Translations under genes and position numbers: made by a program
Notes under the pieces: model-generated
Told to the model about the DNA's origin: nothing
What the model saw: only the letters and a program-made list of their open reading frames with translations
Databases searched by the model: none
Source: Parcubacteria group bacterium
GTDB taxonomy: Bacteria > Patescibacteriota > Minisyncoccia > Portnoybacterales > UBA2143
DNA: 41,348 nt
Reading direction: 5' to 3'
Assembly (NCBI GenBank): GCA_013203625.1
Contig: JABMPX010000007.1
Span: 1 to 41,348 of the forward strand
Shown here: in pieces, positions 16,889-26,850 of the stretch
Numbering within the stretch: the first letter of the stretch is position 1
Layout of the letters: each line of letters begins with the position of its first letter

Positions 16889-17618
16889 TTCCAAGGGGAT
16901 TTTAAGATGCGCTCGCTATGCTTTTATGCCGAATAAGCTTGATCTTTGCGGTCCAGATAAGAATAGAGATATTTTATATTATTGTGAGACACAAGAAGTT
17001 GATAAAGGATTAAGTTTAATTTTAAAGGAATTTCAAGTTTTGTATCCATATTTAAAATTTATTGCTTATTCCAATCAAATTAAAGATCCTTTTGACGAAA
17101 GAGTTATTGAAGCTTATTGGATTGGCAATCAGCTTTTGGAAAATATTGATAAATCTAGATTATATAATCATTTGGCTAATGAACAGCAGTTAAAAAAGAA
17201 ATTAAATAAAAAGCTTTTTAAAAAAGTTACTGATAAAATTTCTTTAGGCGCCAAACCGCATCATAGTTTTCATGTTTTAAGCGTTTTAAAACGGACCGGC
17301 AATGTTGATATTATGCATACTTTAAATAGCATGGATCTTTGTAAGATTAGCTGGGGAAGAATAAAAAAAGTTAGTAAAACAAATTTAGAAGTAGAATATA
17401 ATCCATTAGCGTTTGAAAATAATAAATTAAAACTAGATTCATTAATTAATTATAAGGTTTTGTATCAAATAAATAATTCAGGATCTATAAAAAAACCGCA
17501 AGTTAATCAATGGATTTCATTTCATTGGGGTTTTGCCTGTGAGATTTTAAATAATCTTCAGGTAAATAATTTAAAAAAATACACTCTAGAGAGCATCCAG
17601 TTATTTAATTCAACTTAA
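16881..17618 (+). CDS. hypothetical protein (245 aa)
   Basis: Clean ORF that overlaps the upstream gene by 8 nt. No motif recognised. Confidence 0.5.
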   Translation: MFNSKGILRCARYAFMPNKLDLCGPDKNRDILYYCETQEVDKGLSLILKEFQVLYPYLKFIAYSNQIKDPFDERVIEAYWIGNQLLENIDKSRLYNHLANEQQLKKKLNKKLFKKVTDKISLGAKPHHSFHVLSVLKRTGNVDIMHTLNSMDLCKISWGRIKKVSKTNLEVEYNPLAFENNKLKLDSLINYKVLYQINNSGSIKKPQVNQWISFHWGFACEILNNLQVNNLKKYTLESIQLFNST

Positions 17619-17623
17619 TTATT

Positions 17624-17734
17624 ATGTACGATTTGATTATTATTGGCGGTGGGCCAGCTGCAGTAAGCGCTGGTATTTACGCAGCCAGAAAAAAGATAAA
17701 AACAATAGAGAGTATCCAGTTGGCTAATTATTAG
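17624..17734 (+). pseudogene. duplicated 5' fragment of trxB fused to a copy of the upstream gene's 3' end
   Basis: 17624-17706 matches 18754-18836 at 79/83 positions. The fragment continues into ESIQLANY*, which resembles the ESIQLFNST* end of ORF 16881..17618. Confidence 0.7.
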
Positions 17735-17737
17735 CAT

Positions 17738-18544
17738 ATGTTTTCGTTCACACATACGTATATTTTGATGGAAGTTTATAAAATGGATTCTAAGGATCCA
17801 AATAGTATACCTAGCGAGATTCTATTGGGGAATATTCTTCCAGATGTTATAGCTGATTTTAAATCAAGAAAAGGAATAGATTCAAGCGGTTTGCATCTGC
17901 AGATACATGATAGAATAAGAAGTTCTGAACAGATTGAATACGATTTAGAGTCAGGATTAGAACTTGGATTTGCGATCCATGTTATGTCAGATAATTATTC
18001 TAGAGTTGGTTCTTATTGGCGTTCAAATAAAAATAATGGTGTTGGTTTTTTAAAGAAGTTAGAATCTTTAGTTGAGTTAGGTGAGTTGAGCGAGAGATTA
18101 GGAGATAGGATAAATGTATTTAGAAGACGTGTTTTGCAAAGTGCGTTAGATATATTAGTTTTGCGTAATTCTTATGATGATATATTGTACTCTATATCTA
18201 AAGCTACCGGTTTTTTAGAGGCTAATAAAAAGGAAATAGTTGAAAAAATAAATTTGATGACAGGAATTTCCAAAGACGATATTAAAGACAAAATCCAGAA
18301 GTTTTTATTTAAATATAGTTCTAACATTAAATTTCAGTCCTTAGAGCCAATAAGGGCATATGCTGCAATTAGAATAATTGAGGATATGGGCGACATTAAT
18401 GGTACACAAAAGTTTTTGGATCAGGTCAAAAATCATTATGCTTTTGGAATTGTGATTGAAAATCTAAAGTTATTAAAGTTATGGAATAGTTATTTAAAAA
18501 AAACAGCCGTGAATATTTTGACTTCACCAGTTAAAGTTTATTAG
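17738..18544 (+). CDS. hypothetical protein (268 aa), possibly a metal-dependent hydrolase
   Basis: Clean ORF between the two trxB 5' copies. The scattered His/Asp motifs (FTHTYI, LPDV, HVMSDN) are only suggestive. Confidence 0.45.
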   Translation: MFSFTHTYILMEVYKMDSKDPNSIPSEILLGNILPDVIADFKSRKGIDSSGLHLQIHDRIRSSEQIEYDLESGLELGFAIHVMSDNYSRVGSYWRSNKNNGVGFLKKLESLVELGELSERLGDRINVFRRRVLQSALDILVLRNSYDDILYSISKATGFLEANKKEIVEKINLMTGISKDDIKDKIQKFLFKYSSNIKFQSLEPIRAYAAIRIIEDMGDINGTQKFLDQVKNHYAFGIVIENLKLLKLWNSYLKKTAVNILTSPVKVY

Positions 18545-18663
18545 AAAGGTTTATCACTGGGAGCATGTAATGGATGCTCATTATTATCTAGAAACAAATA
18601 GGAATATCGGCAAAGTTATATTAGGAATACGTTCTTAGTTAAAGTTATTTCTTAAAACAAAGT

Positions 18664-18707
18664 AAAAGGGGAGTTGATAATTTCACGATTCCCCTTTTGT
18701 ATTTTTT
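18664..18707 (+). terminator. intrinsic terminator
   Basis: AAAAGGGGA/TCCCCTTTT stem followed by GTATTTTTT. Confidence 0.65.
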
Positions 18708-18753
18708 ATGTTAGAATATTAAGGAATATAATTGACTTAGGATAGTAAAATTT

Positions 18754-19656
18754 ATGTACGATTTGATTATTATTGGCGGCGGACCAGCCGCAATAAGCGC
18801 TGGTATTTACGCAGCCAGAAAAAAGATAAAAACAATTTTAATTACTGAAAGCTGGGGAGGCCAAATGGCTTTAGCTTCTTCAGTTAAAAATTATCCTGGC
18901 ATTGAATCAATTTCAGGAATGGATTTAGTCACTAAATTTACAAATCATTTAAAAAAGAATGATATTGAGATAAAAGAGGGCGTTAAAGTAAAAGAAATTA
19001 GGAATAACGATTCAATAATTGAAGTAAAGACAAATAGTAATTCCTACGAAAGTAAAGCAATTATTATAACAACTGGGAGAATTCCTAAGAAATTAGGTTT
19101 GCCTAGGGAAGAAGAATTTATTGGCAAGGGGATTAGTTATTGTGCTGTTTGCGATGCGCCTCTTTATAAGAATAAAACAGTAGCAGTTATTGGCGGGGCT
19201 AATGCTGGATTAGGCACAGCATTAAGTTTAACTGCTTATGCGTCAAAAATATATGTTTTGGAGTTTCTTCCAAAATTGAATGCAGATGAATTTCTTCAGG
19301 AAAAAATTAAAAAAAGCGCTCAAATTACTGTACTTACCAATGTTGAAATAAAAGAATTTAAGGGTGAGCAATTTATTGATGGATTGATTTATCAAGAACG
19401 AGATTCTAGACAAAGCAAAGAAATATCAGTTGAAGGAATTTTTGTTAGCATTGGTTCAACGTCTAATTCTTTTTTAGTTAAGAATATGGTAAAATTAAAT
19501 AAGCAAGGGGAAATAAAAATAGATTCTGAAAATAGAACTTCTCAGCCCAATATTTTTGCGGCTGGAGATGTAACTAATATTTCTCATAAGCAGATTGTTA
19601 TTGCTGCTGGCGAAGGAGCTAAAGCAGCTTTAAATGTCTATGAGTATTTACAATAA
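18754..19656 (+). CDS. trxB: thioredoxin-disulfide reductase
   Basis: GGGPAA FAD site, redox-active CAVCDA, a second dinucleotide fold GGANAG, and C-terminal GDV. Confidence 0.9.
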   Translation: MYDLIIIGGGPAAISAGIYAARKKIKTILITESWGGQMALASSVKNYPGIESISGMDLVTKFTNHLKKNDIEIKEGVKVKEIRNNDSIIEVKTNSNSYESKAIIITTGRIPKKLGLPREEEFIGKGISYCAVCDAPLYKNKTVAVIGGANAGLGTALSLTAYASKIYVLEFLPKLNADEFLQEKIKKSAQITVLTNVEIKEFKGEQFIDGLIYQERDSRQSKEISVEGIFVSIGSTSNSFLVKNMVKLNKQGEIKIDSENRTSQPNIFAAGDVTNISHKQIVIAAGEGAKAALNVYEYLQ

Positions 19657-19662
19657 AAAAAT

Positions 19663-19920
19663 ATGACAGAAGAAAAAAAAGAGTTAAATATTCGCGTTTT
19701 TTCTACGTCAGCTTGTCCTTATTGTGTAACCCTTAAGGCGTTTCTAGATGAGCATGGCATTAAATATGAATACATTGATGTGTCTGAAAATCAAGAAGCA
19801 ACTGATGAAATGGTCAAAAAATCAGGCCAAAGAGGTGTGCCAGTAGTTGAAATAGATGGAGAGATTATTGTTGGCTTTGATAGAGAAAGGATTTGTGAAT
19901 TATTAAATATTAAAGAATAA
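19663..19920 (+). CDS. glutaredoxin-like protein
   Basis: 85 aa with a CPYC active site and the GVPVV motif. Confidence 0.85.
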   Translation: MTEEKKELNIRVFSTSACPYCVTLKAFLDEHGIKYEYIDVSENQEATDEMVKKSGQRGVPVVEIDGEIIVGFDRERICELLNIKE

Positions 19921-19926
19921 AAAAAT

Positions 19927-20934
19927 ATGACAAAAATAGCTATTAATGGATTTGGTCGTATTGGCCGGTCTACGTTTAGAAGAATTTTAGAAAAACATCC
20001 AGATTTAGAAATGGTAGCTATTAATGATTTGGCTGTTCCTAAAACATTAGCCCATCTTTTAAAATATGATTCAGTTTATGGCATTTATGACAAACCAGTT
20101 AAAAGCGATAAAGACGTTTTAGTGGTTGATAACAAAGAGTTCAAGTGTTTGGCTGAAAAAGATCCAAGCAGACTTCCTTGGAAAGAATTAGGCGTGGATG
20201 TGGTTCTTGAATGTACTGGATTTTTTACTGATTTTGAAGGAGCTCAAAAGCATATTCAGGCGGGAGCTAAAAAAGTTATTCTTTCAGCGCCTTCTAAAAG
20301 TCCGGAAGTTCCTCATTTTATTTTAGGAGTTAATCAAGATAAATATGATAGCGAAAAAGATAATATTGTTTCAATGGCTTCATGTACTACCAATTGCTTA
20401 GCGCCAATAGCAAGTATCATTCATAAAGAATTTGAGATAGAATCGGGTTTAATGACAACAATTCACAGCTACACTAATGACCAGAGATTGCTTGATTCTC
20501 CACATAAAGATTTGCGCCGAGCCCGTTCAGCCGCTTTGTCAATGGTTCCAACTACTACTGGAGCGGCTATTGCTGTAATTAAAACTATTCCAGAATTGAA
20601 AGGCAAGATTCACGGGTTGGCAATCAGGGTGCCCACGCCAGATGTTTCATTAGTTGATTTTGTGGTAAAAGTTAAAAAAGAAACAACAGTTGAAGAAGTT
20701 AATTCTGTTTTTAAAAAAGCATCAGCCGAAGATAATTTTAAAGGAATTTTAGACACAGAAGACGCTTTATTGGTTTCAGCTGATTATCAAGGCAATTCTT
20801 TTTCTTCAATTATTGATACTGCTTCTACAATGGTTCAGGGAAAAAATTTAATCAAAGTTTTAGCTTGGTATGACAATGAATATGGTTATGCGTGCCGTTT
20901 AGCAGATTTTGCAGAGTTTATTGGGAAAAAATAA
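19927..20934 (+). CDS. gap: glyceraldehyde-3-phosphate dehydrogenase
   Basis: INGFGRIGR, the catalytic SCTTNCLAP, and WYDNEYGY. Confidence 0.95.
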   Translation: MTKIAINGFGRIGRSTFRRILEKHPDLEMVAINDLAVPKTLAHLLKYDSVYGIYDKPVKSDKDVLVVDNKEFKCLAEKDPSRLPWKELGVDVVLECTGFFTDFEGAQKHIQAGAKKVILSAPSKSPEVPHFILGVNQDKYDSEKDNIVSMASCTTNCLAPIASIIHKEFEIESGLMTTIHSYTNDQRLLDSPHKDLRRARSAALSMVPTTTGAAIAVIKTIPELKGKIHGLAIRVPTPDVSLVDFVVKVKKETTVEEVNSVFKKASAEDNFKGILDTEDALLVSADYQGNSFSSIIDTASTMVQGKNLIKVLAWYDNEYGYACRLADFAEFIGKK

Positions 20935-20946
20935 TTTCTAATTATT

Positions 20947-21381
20947 ATGATTTACATAGCCGCTGATCACGCTGGTTTTAATTTAAAAGAGGAACTCAAG
21001 AAATATCTTGAGGAATTAGAATATGAATATGAAGATTTGGGTAATAAAGTTTTAAAATTAGAAGATGATTATCCTGATTTTGCCTTAAAACTGGCTAAAA
21101 AAGTAATTGAGACCAATGAAAAAGGAATTTTAATTTGCGCTACTGGATTTGGCATGGCTATGGCAGCTAATAAAATAAAGGGGATTAGGGCTGCTGTTTG
21201 CTGGGATGATTTTACTGCTTTGCAGTCGCGGGAGCACAATAATGCAAATGTGCTTTGTTTGGGAAGTAAAATAATAGATTTAGAAACTGCCAAAAAAATT
21301 GTCCGAACATGGCTAGAAACAGATTTTAGCAACGACGAAAGGCATGTTAGAAGATTAGAAAAGATTGAGGAGATAGAATAA
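20947..21381 (+). CDS. rpiB: ribose-5-phosphate isomerase B
   Basis: RpiB/LacAB family: IAADHAG, CATGFGMAMAANK, and NANVLCLG. Confidence 0.9.
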   Translation: MIYIAADHAGFNLKEELKKYLEELEYEYEDLGNKVLKLEDDYPDFALKLAKKVIETNEKGILICATGFGMAMAANKIKGIRAAVCWDDFTALQSREHNNANVLCLGSKIIDLETAKKIVRTWLETDFSNDERHVRRLEKIEEIE

Positions 21382-21498
21382 AAACAATAACTATTTTATA
21401 AAATGTTTATTATAGAAAAAGAGCCAATCATTCCAAAAAGTGAAAATAAAATAGGTTGTAGAAAATTTGTGGAGAACCGATTATAAGAATTTTTAATT

Positions 21499-22149
21499 AT
21501 GACTAAGTATACTAAAGATAGTTTTCATAGGACAAGCTGGGAAGAATACGGAAAGATAATGGAAAGGATTTTTAAGGATGTCAACGCATATATTAAGAAA
21601 AATAAGATAAAGATTGATGCGGTTGTCCCTATTTTAAGGGGTGGAGCTACTTTAGGCACTTTTCTTGCTTACAAATTAAATCTATTAAGCATTCTTCCTG
21701 TACAGTACAAATATTTTTTTATTGGCAAGAAAAAAGCTGAATTAAGACAAATATTGTTTACTCCTAAAAAAGATATGTTTGATAATGACCCTATTTTTTT
21801 ACTTGCGGAAGGAGATCAATGCTACGGCAATACTGTCATTAACGCGGCTAAAGATTTAAAAAAAGTATTTCCAAAATGCAGAATTTTGCATGTTGCTGAC
21901 TGTCTTGATTACACATATCGTAATTCAGCTAAGGATTACGTTGAAAAAATATTTTATGGGGAATATACGAATCATTGTGAAGAATTATCCAAAGAAGAAT
22001 GTAAAAAATTAGGCATTGGTAAAGACAAGATTGCTCCATGGGAAAATTATGAGGAGGAAATAACCACTTTAAAATGTAAGCAGTTTCAATATGTTGATGG
22101 GAAAGCGATTGAAAAAAGATCTGTAAAAAAACAAGAATTTGATTTTTAA
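21499..22149 (+). CDS. phosphoribosyltransferase-like protein
   Basis: VVPILRGGATLGTFLA and a degenerate PRPP loop (IFLLAEGDQCYGNTV). The assignment is tentative. Confidence 0.45.
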   Translation: MTKYTKDSFHRTSWEEYGKIMERIFKDVNAYIKKNKIKIDAVVPILRGGATLGTFLAYKLNLLSILPVQYKYFFIGKKKAELRQILFTPKKDMFDNDPIFLLAEGDQCYGNTVINAAKDLKKVFPKCRILHVADCLDYTYRNSAKDYVEKIFYGEYTNHCEELSKEECKKLGIGKDKIAPWENYEEEITTLKCKQFQYVDGKAIEKRSVKKQEFDF

Positions 22150-22161
22150 AATAGATAAAAA

Positions 22162-22794
22162 ATGATTCAAATTATTCCTACTATTATAGCTAAAGATTTT
22201 GAAGAATTGCAGGAGAAAATTAGAAAAGTAGAGCCGTATGTTGATTGGATCCAATTGGACGTGATGGATAATAAGTTTGTTGATAATATAACTTGGAATC
22301 AGCCAAGCGATTTAAAAGATTTAAAAACTGATTCAAATCTAGAAGTTCATTTAATGATTCAAAATCCAGAAGATTATATTAATAATTGGATTGAATCAGG
22401 AGTCAAAAGAATTATTTTCCACTACGAATCAACAGACAAGCATAAAGAGATTATAGAGAAGATTAAACAGGCTGATTTGGGGGTTGGTATAGCCATTAAT
22501 CCTGAAACATCTATAGAAGTAATTGATAATTTTATTGAAGAGCTTGATTTGGTTTTAATAATGACAGTTCATCCTGGTTTTGGCAATCAGGATTTTTTAA
22601 AACAAACATTGGGGAAAATTAAAGAATTGCGGGGAAAAGATGAAAATGTTAATATAGAGGTTGATGGCGGAATTGATTTAGAAATCGCGCCAAAAGTTAT
22701 TCAGGCCGGAGCTAATCTTTTAGCCATCGGCAGCGCAATTTTCAAAAGCGAGAATATTAAAAAAACAATTGAAGATTTAAAAAATGGACACTAA
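22162..22794 (+). CDS. rpe: ribulose-phosphate 3-epimerase
   Basis: LDVMDNKFV, HLMI, VHPGFGNQDF, and VDGGI. Confidence 0.9.
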   Translation: MIQIIPTIIAKDFEELQEKIRKVEPYVDWIQLDVMDNKFVDNITWNQPSDLKDLKTDSNLEVHLMIQNPEDYINNWIESGVKRIIFHYESTDKHKEIIEKIKQADLGVGIAINPETSIEVIDNFIEELDLVLIMTVHPGFGNQDFLKQTLGKIKELRGKDENVNIEVDGGIDLEIAPKVIQAGANLLAIGSAIFKSENIKKTIEDLKNGH

Positions 22795-23632
22795 AGAATT
22801 AGAAAAACAAGCTAATAATATTAGAAAAGATTTAGTTGAAATGTTAACAGAAGCCAAATCAGGTCATTCAGCCGGGTCTTTAGGCATGGTTGATGTTTTT
22901 ACTGCTTTATATTTCGGCGACATAGTTAAATATGATCCTAAAAAACCAGGATGGAAGGAAAGAGATAGAGTTGTTTTGTCTAATGCTCATATTTGTCCAG
23001 CCTGGTATGCAACCATGGCTAATGCTGGATATTTTCCAGTTAAAGAGTTGAAAACCTTGCGCAAACTGGGCAGTCGGTTGCAGGGGCATCCTGATCGTTT
23101 AAAATTGCCATACATTGAAACATCAGGCGGTTCTTTGGGTCAGGGATTGTCAATCGCCTGCGGCATGGCTTATAGTTTTTTCAAATTAGATTGTAAAAAG
23201 AATTGGGTCTGGTGTTTGACTAGCGATGGCGAGCACGATGAAGGACAAATGTGGGAAGCAGCTATGTTTGCTGGGAAAAATAAGCTTTTTAATTTAACTC
23301 AGATAATGGACAGGAATAATATTCAGATTGATGGCTATACAGAAGACGTTATGCCTCTGGAGCCGTTAAAAGACAAATATGAGGCATTTGGGTGGCACGT
23401 AATGGATGTTGATGGGCATAATATGGAAGAAATTATTGATGCTTGTAATAAATCAAAAGCAATTTTTGAAAAACCAAGTTTAATTATTGCTCATACTATT
23501 CCTGGCAAAGGTGTTGATTTTATTGAATGGAAATATTCTTGGCATGGCAAAGCGCCTTGTGCTGAAGAGTGCAAAAAAGCATTAGATGAGCTAAGGACTT
23601 TAGGCGGGAAAATAAAAAGCGAGAGTGAATAA
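22784..23632 (+). CDS. transketolase, N-terminal subunit
   Basis: GHSAGSLG, the GSLGQGLS ThDP site, and SDGEHDEGQMWEA. This is a split-gene arrangement. Confidence 0.9.
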   Translation: MDTKELEKQANNIRKDLVEMLTEAKSGHSAGSLGMVDVFTALYFGDIVKYDPKKPGWKERDRVVLSNAHICPAWYATMANAGYFPVKELKTLRKLGSRLQGHPDRLKLPYIETSGGSLGQGLSIACGMAYSFFKLDCKKNWVWCLTSDGEHDEGQMWEAAMFAGKNKLFNLTQIMDRNNIQIDGYTEDVMPLEPLKDKYEAFGWHVMDVDGHNMEEIIDACNKSKAIFEKPSLIIAHTIPGKGVDFIEWKYSWHGKAPCAEECKKALDELRTLGGKIKSESE

Positions 23633-23637
23633 ATTTT

Positions 23638-24609
23638 ATGATTTTAGCAAAAAACCTATATCAAAAAGAAAAATTAGAGCAAAAGCCAACCCGTGATGGT
23701 TATGGACTGGCTTTAGTTGAGCTAGGCAAGGAGAATAAAGACATAGTTGTTTTAGGAGCTGATTTGACTGGGTCAACGCGATGCGATTGGTTTAGAGATA
23801 AATTCCCAGATAGATTTATCCAGGTTGGGATTGCTGAACAAAATATGATGTGTATTGCTGCTGGCTTATCTTTAGTGGGGAAAATTCCTTTTGCTTCTAC
23901 TTATTCAGTTTTTTGTCCTGGCCGCAACTGGGATCAATTGCGTGTTAGCGTTGCCTATAACAAAGCCAATGTTAAGCTTACTGGAGCTCATGCTGGAGTT
24001 TCTGTTGGCGCAGATGGAGCAACGCATCAAGGATTAGAAGATATTGCTATTGCTCGCTGTTTGCCCAATATGACAGTTCTGGCGCCTTGTGATGCGATTG
24101 AGACACAGAAAGCAACTCTTGCTGCCGGGAGAATGAAAGGACCTGTTTATTTAAGATTTGCTCGGGAACCTACCCCAGTTTTTACTACAAAAAGAACGCC
24201 TTTTAGAATTGGTCAGGCAGAGGTTCTTCGCAAAGGCAAAGATGTTAGTATAATTGCTTGCGGGCCGATTGTTTATGAAGCATTGTTAGCAGCTGAAGAA
24301 TTATCTAAAGATGGAATTAGCGTTCGCGTAATTAATAATCATACAATTAAGCCAATTGATGAAGAAGAAATTATTAAAGCAGCAGAACAAACAGGAGCTA
24401 TTGTTACTGGTGAAGACCATCAAGTAATGGGCGGATTAGGAAGCGTTGTAGCAGAGGTTTTATCTAAAAATGAGCCAGTGCCTATGGAAATGGTAGGAGT
24501 TCAAAACCGCTTTGGCGAATCCGGCGAGCCAGAAGAATTAATGAAAGAATTCAAATTAACTGCTGAAGATATCAAAAAGGCGGTTATAAAAGTTATTGAG
24601 AGAAAATAA
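23638..24609 (+). CDS. transketolase, C-terminal subunit
   Basis: GIAEQNM and GADGATHQGLEDIA motifs. Confidence 0.9.
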   Translation: MILAKNLYQKEKLEQKPTRDGYGLALVELGKENKDIVVLGADLTGSTRCDWFRDKFPDRFIQVGIAEQNMMCIAAGLSLVGKIPFASTYSVFCPGRNWDQLRVSVAYNKANVKLTGAHAGVSVGADGATHQGLEDIAIARCLPNMTVLAPCDAIETQKATLAAGRMKGPVYLRFAREPTPVFTTKRTPFRIGQAEVLRKGKDVSIIACGPIVYEALLAAEELSKDGISVRVINNHTIKPIDEEEIIKAAEQTGAIVTGEDHQVMGGLGSVVAEVLSKNEPVPMEMVGVQNRFGESGEPEELMKEFKLTAEDIKKAVIKVIERK

Positions 24610-24610
24610 T

Positions 24611-25600
24611 ATGCAATACGATATTATTACTTTTGGTTCAGCTACCCAGGATGTTTTTATGAGTAGCCGTAAATTAGAGGTAGTTGAAGATGAAAAATTT
24701 GCCACTAAAAAAGGACTTTGTATTTCTTTAGGTTCAAAAATGCACATGGATGATGTGCTTTTTGCTATGGGCGGATGCGGCGCAAATAGCGCTGCTACTT
24801 TTGCTAAACAAGGTTTAAAAACTGCTTATTATGGCATGATTGGCAAAGACGGTTTTGGCGAAGAAGTTAAAAAAGAATTAAAAAAACATAATGTTTCTTT
24901 GGATTTAATGCAGGAATCAGATAAATTTCCAACTGCTTTTTCAGTAATTCTTTCTTTGCCTGAAGTTGGCAGAAGCATTTTAGAAAAATATGGAGCTTGT
25001 CATGAACTGACTAATAAAGATATTCCCTTTGATGAACTTAAGGCAGATTGGTTCTATATCGCTTCTTTATCAAGCAAAAGCCATGAAATGTTTGTTCCTT
25101 TAATTGATTTTGCTAAAGAAAATAATATTAAAGTAGCTTCTAATCCAGCTGGCAGTATTAAAACGCCAGAACATACAGAGATTCTTAAATCAGTGCTTAA
25201 TAAGATTGATATTTTAATACTTAATCAAGAGGAATCATCTAAATTAACTGGAATAGATTTTAATAAAGAAAAAGAAATTTTTCAGAAATTAGATGAATGG
25301 GTTGATGGTATTGTTGTGATGAATAAAGGTGCGCGCGGTGTAACAGTTTCTGATGGCAAAAATTTATACTCTGCTGGTATTCCAGAATCTGGTTTAGTTG
25401 ATAGAACTGGAGCAGGTGATTCTTTTGGCTCTGCCTTTGTATCCGGATATATTGAAAAAAATGACATTGCCTATGCAATTCAATTAGGAACAGCTAATGC
25501 CACGTCTTGTTTGCAGAAAATGGGCGCTACTAATGGCTTGCTCAAAAAAGGCGAATGGGGTCCTTGGGAAAAAGTAGAAGTTTCAAAAAAGAGATTATGA
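24611..25600 (+). CDS. PfkB-family carbohydrate kinase
   Basis: N-terminal ITFGSATQD and C-terminal DRTGAGDSFGSAF (GAGD anion hole). I chose the start at MQYDII, just after the upstream stop. Confidence 0.8.
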   Translation: MQYDIITFGSATQDVFMSSRKLEVVEDEKFATKKGLCISLGSKMHMDDVLFAMGGCGANSAATFAKQGLKTAYYGMIGKDGFGEEVKKELKKHNVSLDLMQESDKFPTAFSVILSLPEVGRSILEKYGACHELTNKDIPFDELKADWFYIASLSSKSHEMFVPLIDFAKENNIKVASNPAGSIKTPEHTEILKSVLNKIDILILNQEESSKLTGIDFNKEKEIFQKLDEWVDGIVVMNKGARGVTVSDGKNLYSAGIPESGLVDRTGAGDSFGSAFVSGYIEKNDIAYAIQLGTANATSCLQKMGATNGLLKKGEWGPWEKVEVSKKRL

Positions 25601-26847
25601 ATCCAACTGCAAAATTAGCTAAATTATTAAGAACTTCTGAAGAGGTGATTTTGGATTTGGAAAAGAAAATGAATAGAATTACTGGGAAACAAGGCATTAT
25701 TGAAAAAATTGTTCAAGAGAATGATGAAAAAGTCAGCCACAGATTAAAGGAATTAGAATTAAGCACAGATTCTAAGGCAGAGGATGTTTATCAGGCATTA
25801 ATTAATAAAGCAAAACAAAGCGATGAACATCTTTCTCAACATTTTCATCAATTAAATTTTTCTACTGCTACTGGCTGTCAGGATTTAATTAATACAATAA
25901 AAGAATTAACAGGTAATTTATCAGGGTTTTTTCTCAAAGAAGACAAAATTAAAGAGTTATTTAGATTAAATCCACCAAAAAAGATTATGGAGAGTTTGGG
26001 CTATGATGACATTAATAAGATGCTGGAAAAAGAAAATGTTTTTGAACTTTTTTGCGCTTTGCGGTTTGTTGAAGACGGGGATTGGCTTAATAATATTTTT
26101 TTCCAATCATATGGTGATTTAAAGAAAGAAGACTTTGAAAAAAGAGAAATTAAAATCATGGTTTTGCCAGAAACATGGTCAGGAATTGGCCAGAAATTCT
26201 TAGAGAAAAAACTTCATCATATGAGCCATTTAAAAGAAGTAGGTGTTGTTTTTATCATCCCTGTTATCAAATGCTATCCTGATGAGGCGCTTTATTGCTT
26301 TTTTATGACTCTTCATTATCTTTATGAAGTTGATTGGCATTCACGCCTTTTTGAAGGATACAGTCATCAAGAAGATTTTACTCAAAAGATGACAGAGGCG
26401 TTAAAAGTTCAAGTAAGCAGTATGCCTTTGCCTAATCAAGAAAAAATGAGCTGGCGCATAATGCCTGCATATTTAGCCAAAAAAGATTGTAATGATCCTC
26501 GTTTAGCTGAACCGCATATTAGTCCAGAGGCCTGGCATTTCACTAAGGCAGCCGCTTGCATTGACAAATTCAGTCAGCAGTTTCCTGATTCAGGATTTGA
26601 TTTTTGGCAAGGATTAGACGTGGTTGGTGATTATTTTCCAGTCAATAATTCAAAAGAGGAAAATTTGGTCAGTTTTGACTTATTTGACAATGGCATTTCT
26701 CTGCTTCGACAAATTGGTTTTGAATCTAAGTATCTTTACCACCAGCAAGAAGCGCTTTGGAATAAGATTTTTATTGAATATATGGGAGAGGAAAAAATGG
26801 ATAGATTAATGATGGAGAATTTAGATCAAGGATATGTAGTATTATAA
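25597..26847 (+). CDS. conserved-looking hypothetical protein (416 aa) embedded in the sugar-phosphate operon
   Basis: ATGA start/stop overlap with pfkB, and a 3-nt gap to fba. No motif recognised. Confidence 0.6.
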   Translation: MNPTAKLAKLLRTSEEVILDLEKKMNRITGKQGIIEKIVQENDEKVSHRLKELELSTDSKAEDVYQALINKAKQSDEHLSQHFHQLNFSTATGCQDLINTIKELTGNLSGFFLKEDKIKELFRLNPPKKIMESLGYDDINKMLEKENVFELFCALRFVEDGDWLNNIFFQSYGDLKKEDFEKREIKIMVLPETWSGIGQKFLEKKLHHMSHLKEVGVVFIIPVIKCYPDEALYCFFMTLHYLYEVDWHSRLFEGYSHQEDFTQKMTEALKVQVSSMPLPNQEKMSWRIMPAYLAKKDCNDPRLAEPHISPEAWHFTKAAACIDKFSQQFPDSGFDFWQGLDVVGDYFPVNNSKEENLVSFDLFDNGISLLRQIGFESKYLYHQQEALWNKIFIEYMGEEKMDRLMMENLDQGYVVL

Positions 26848-26850
26848 CCC

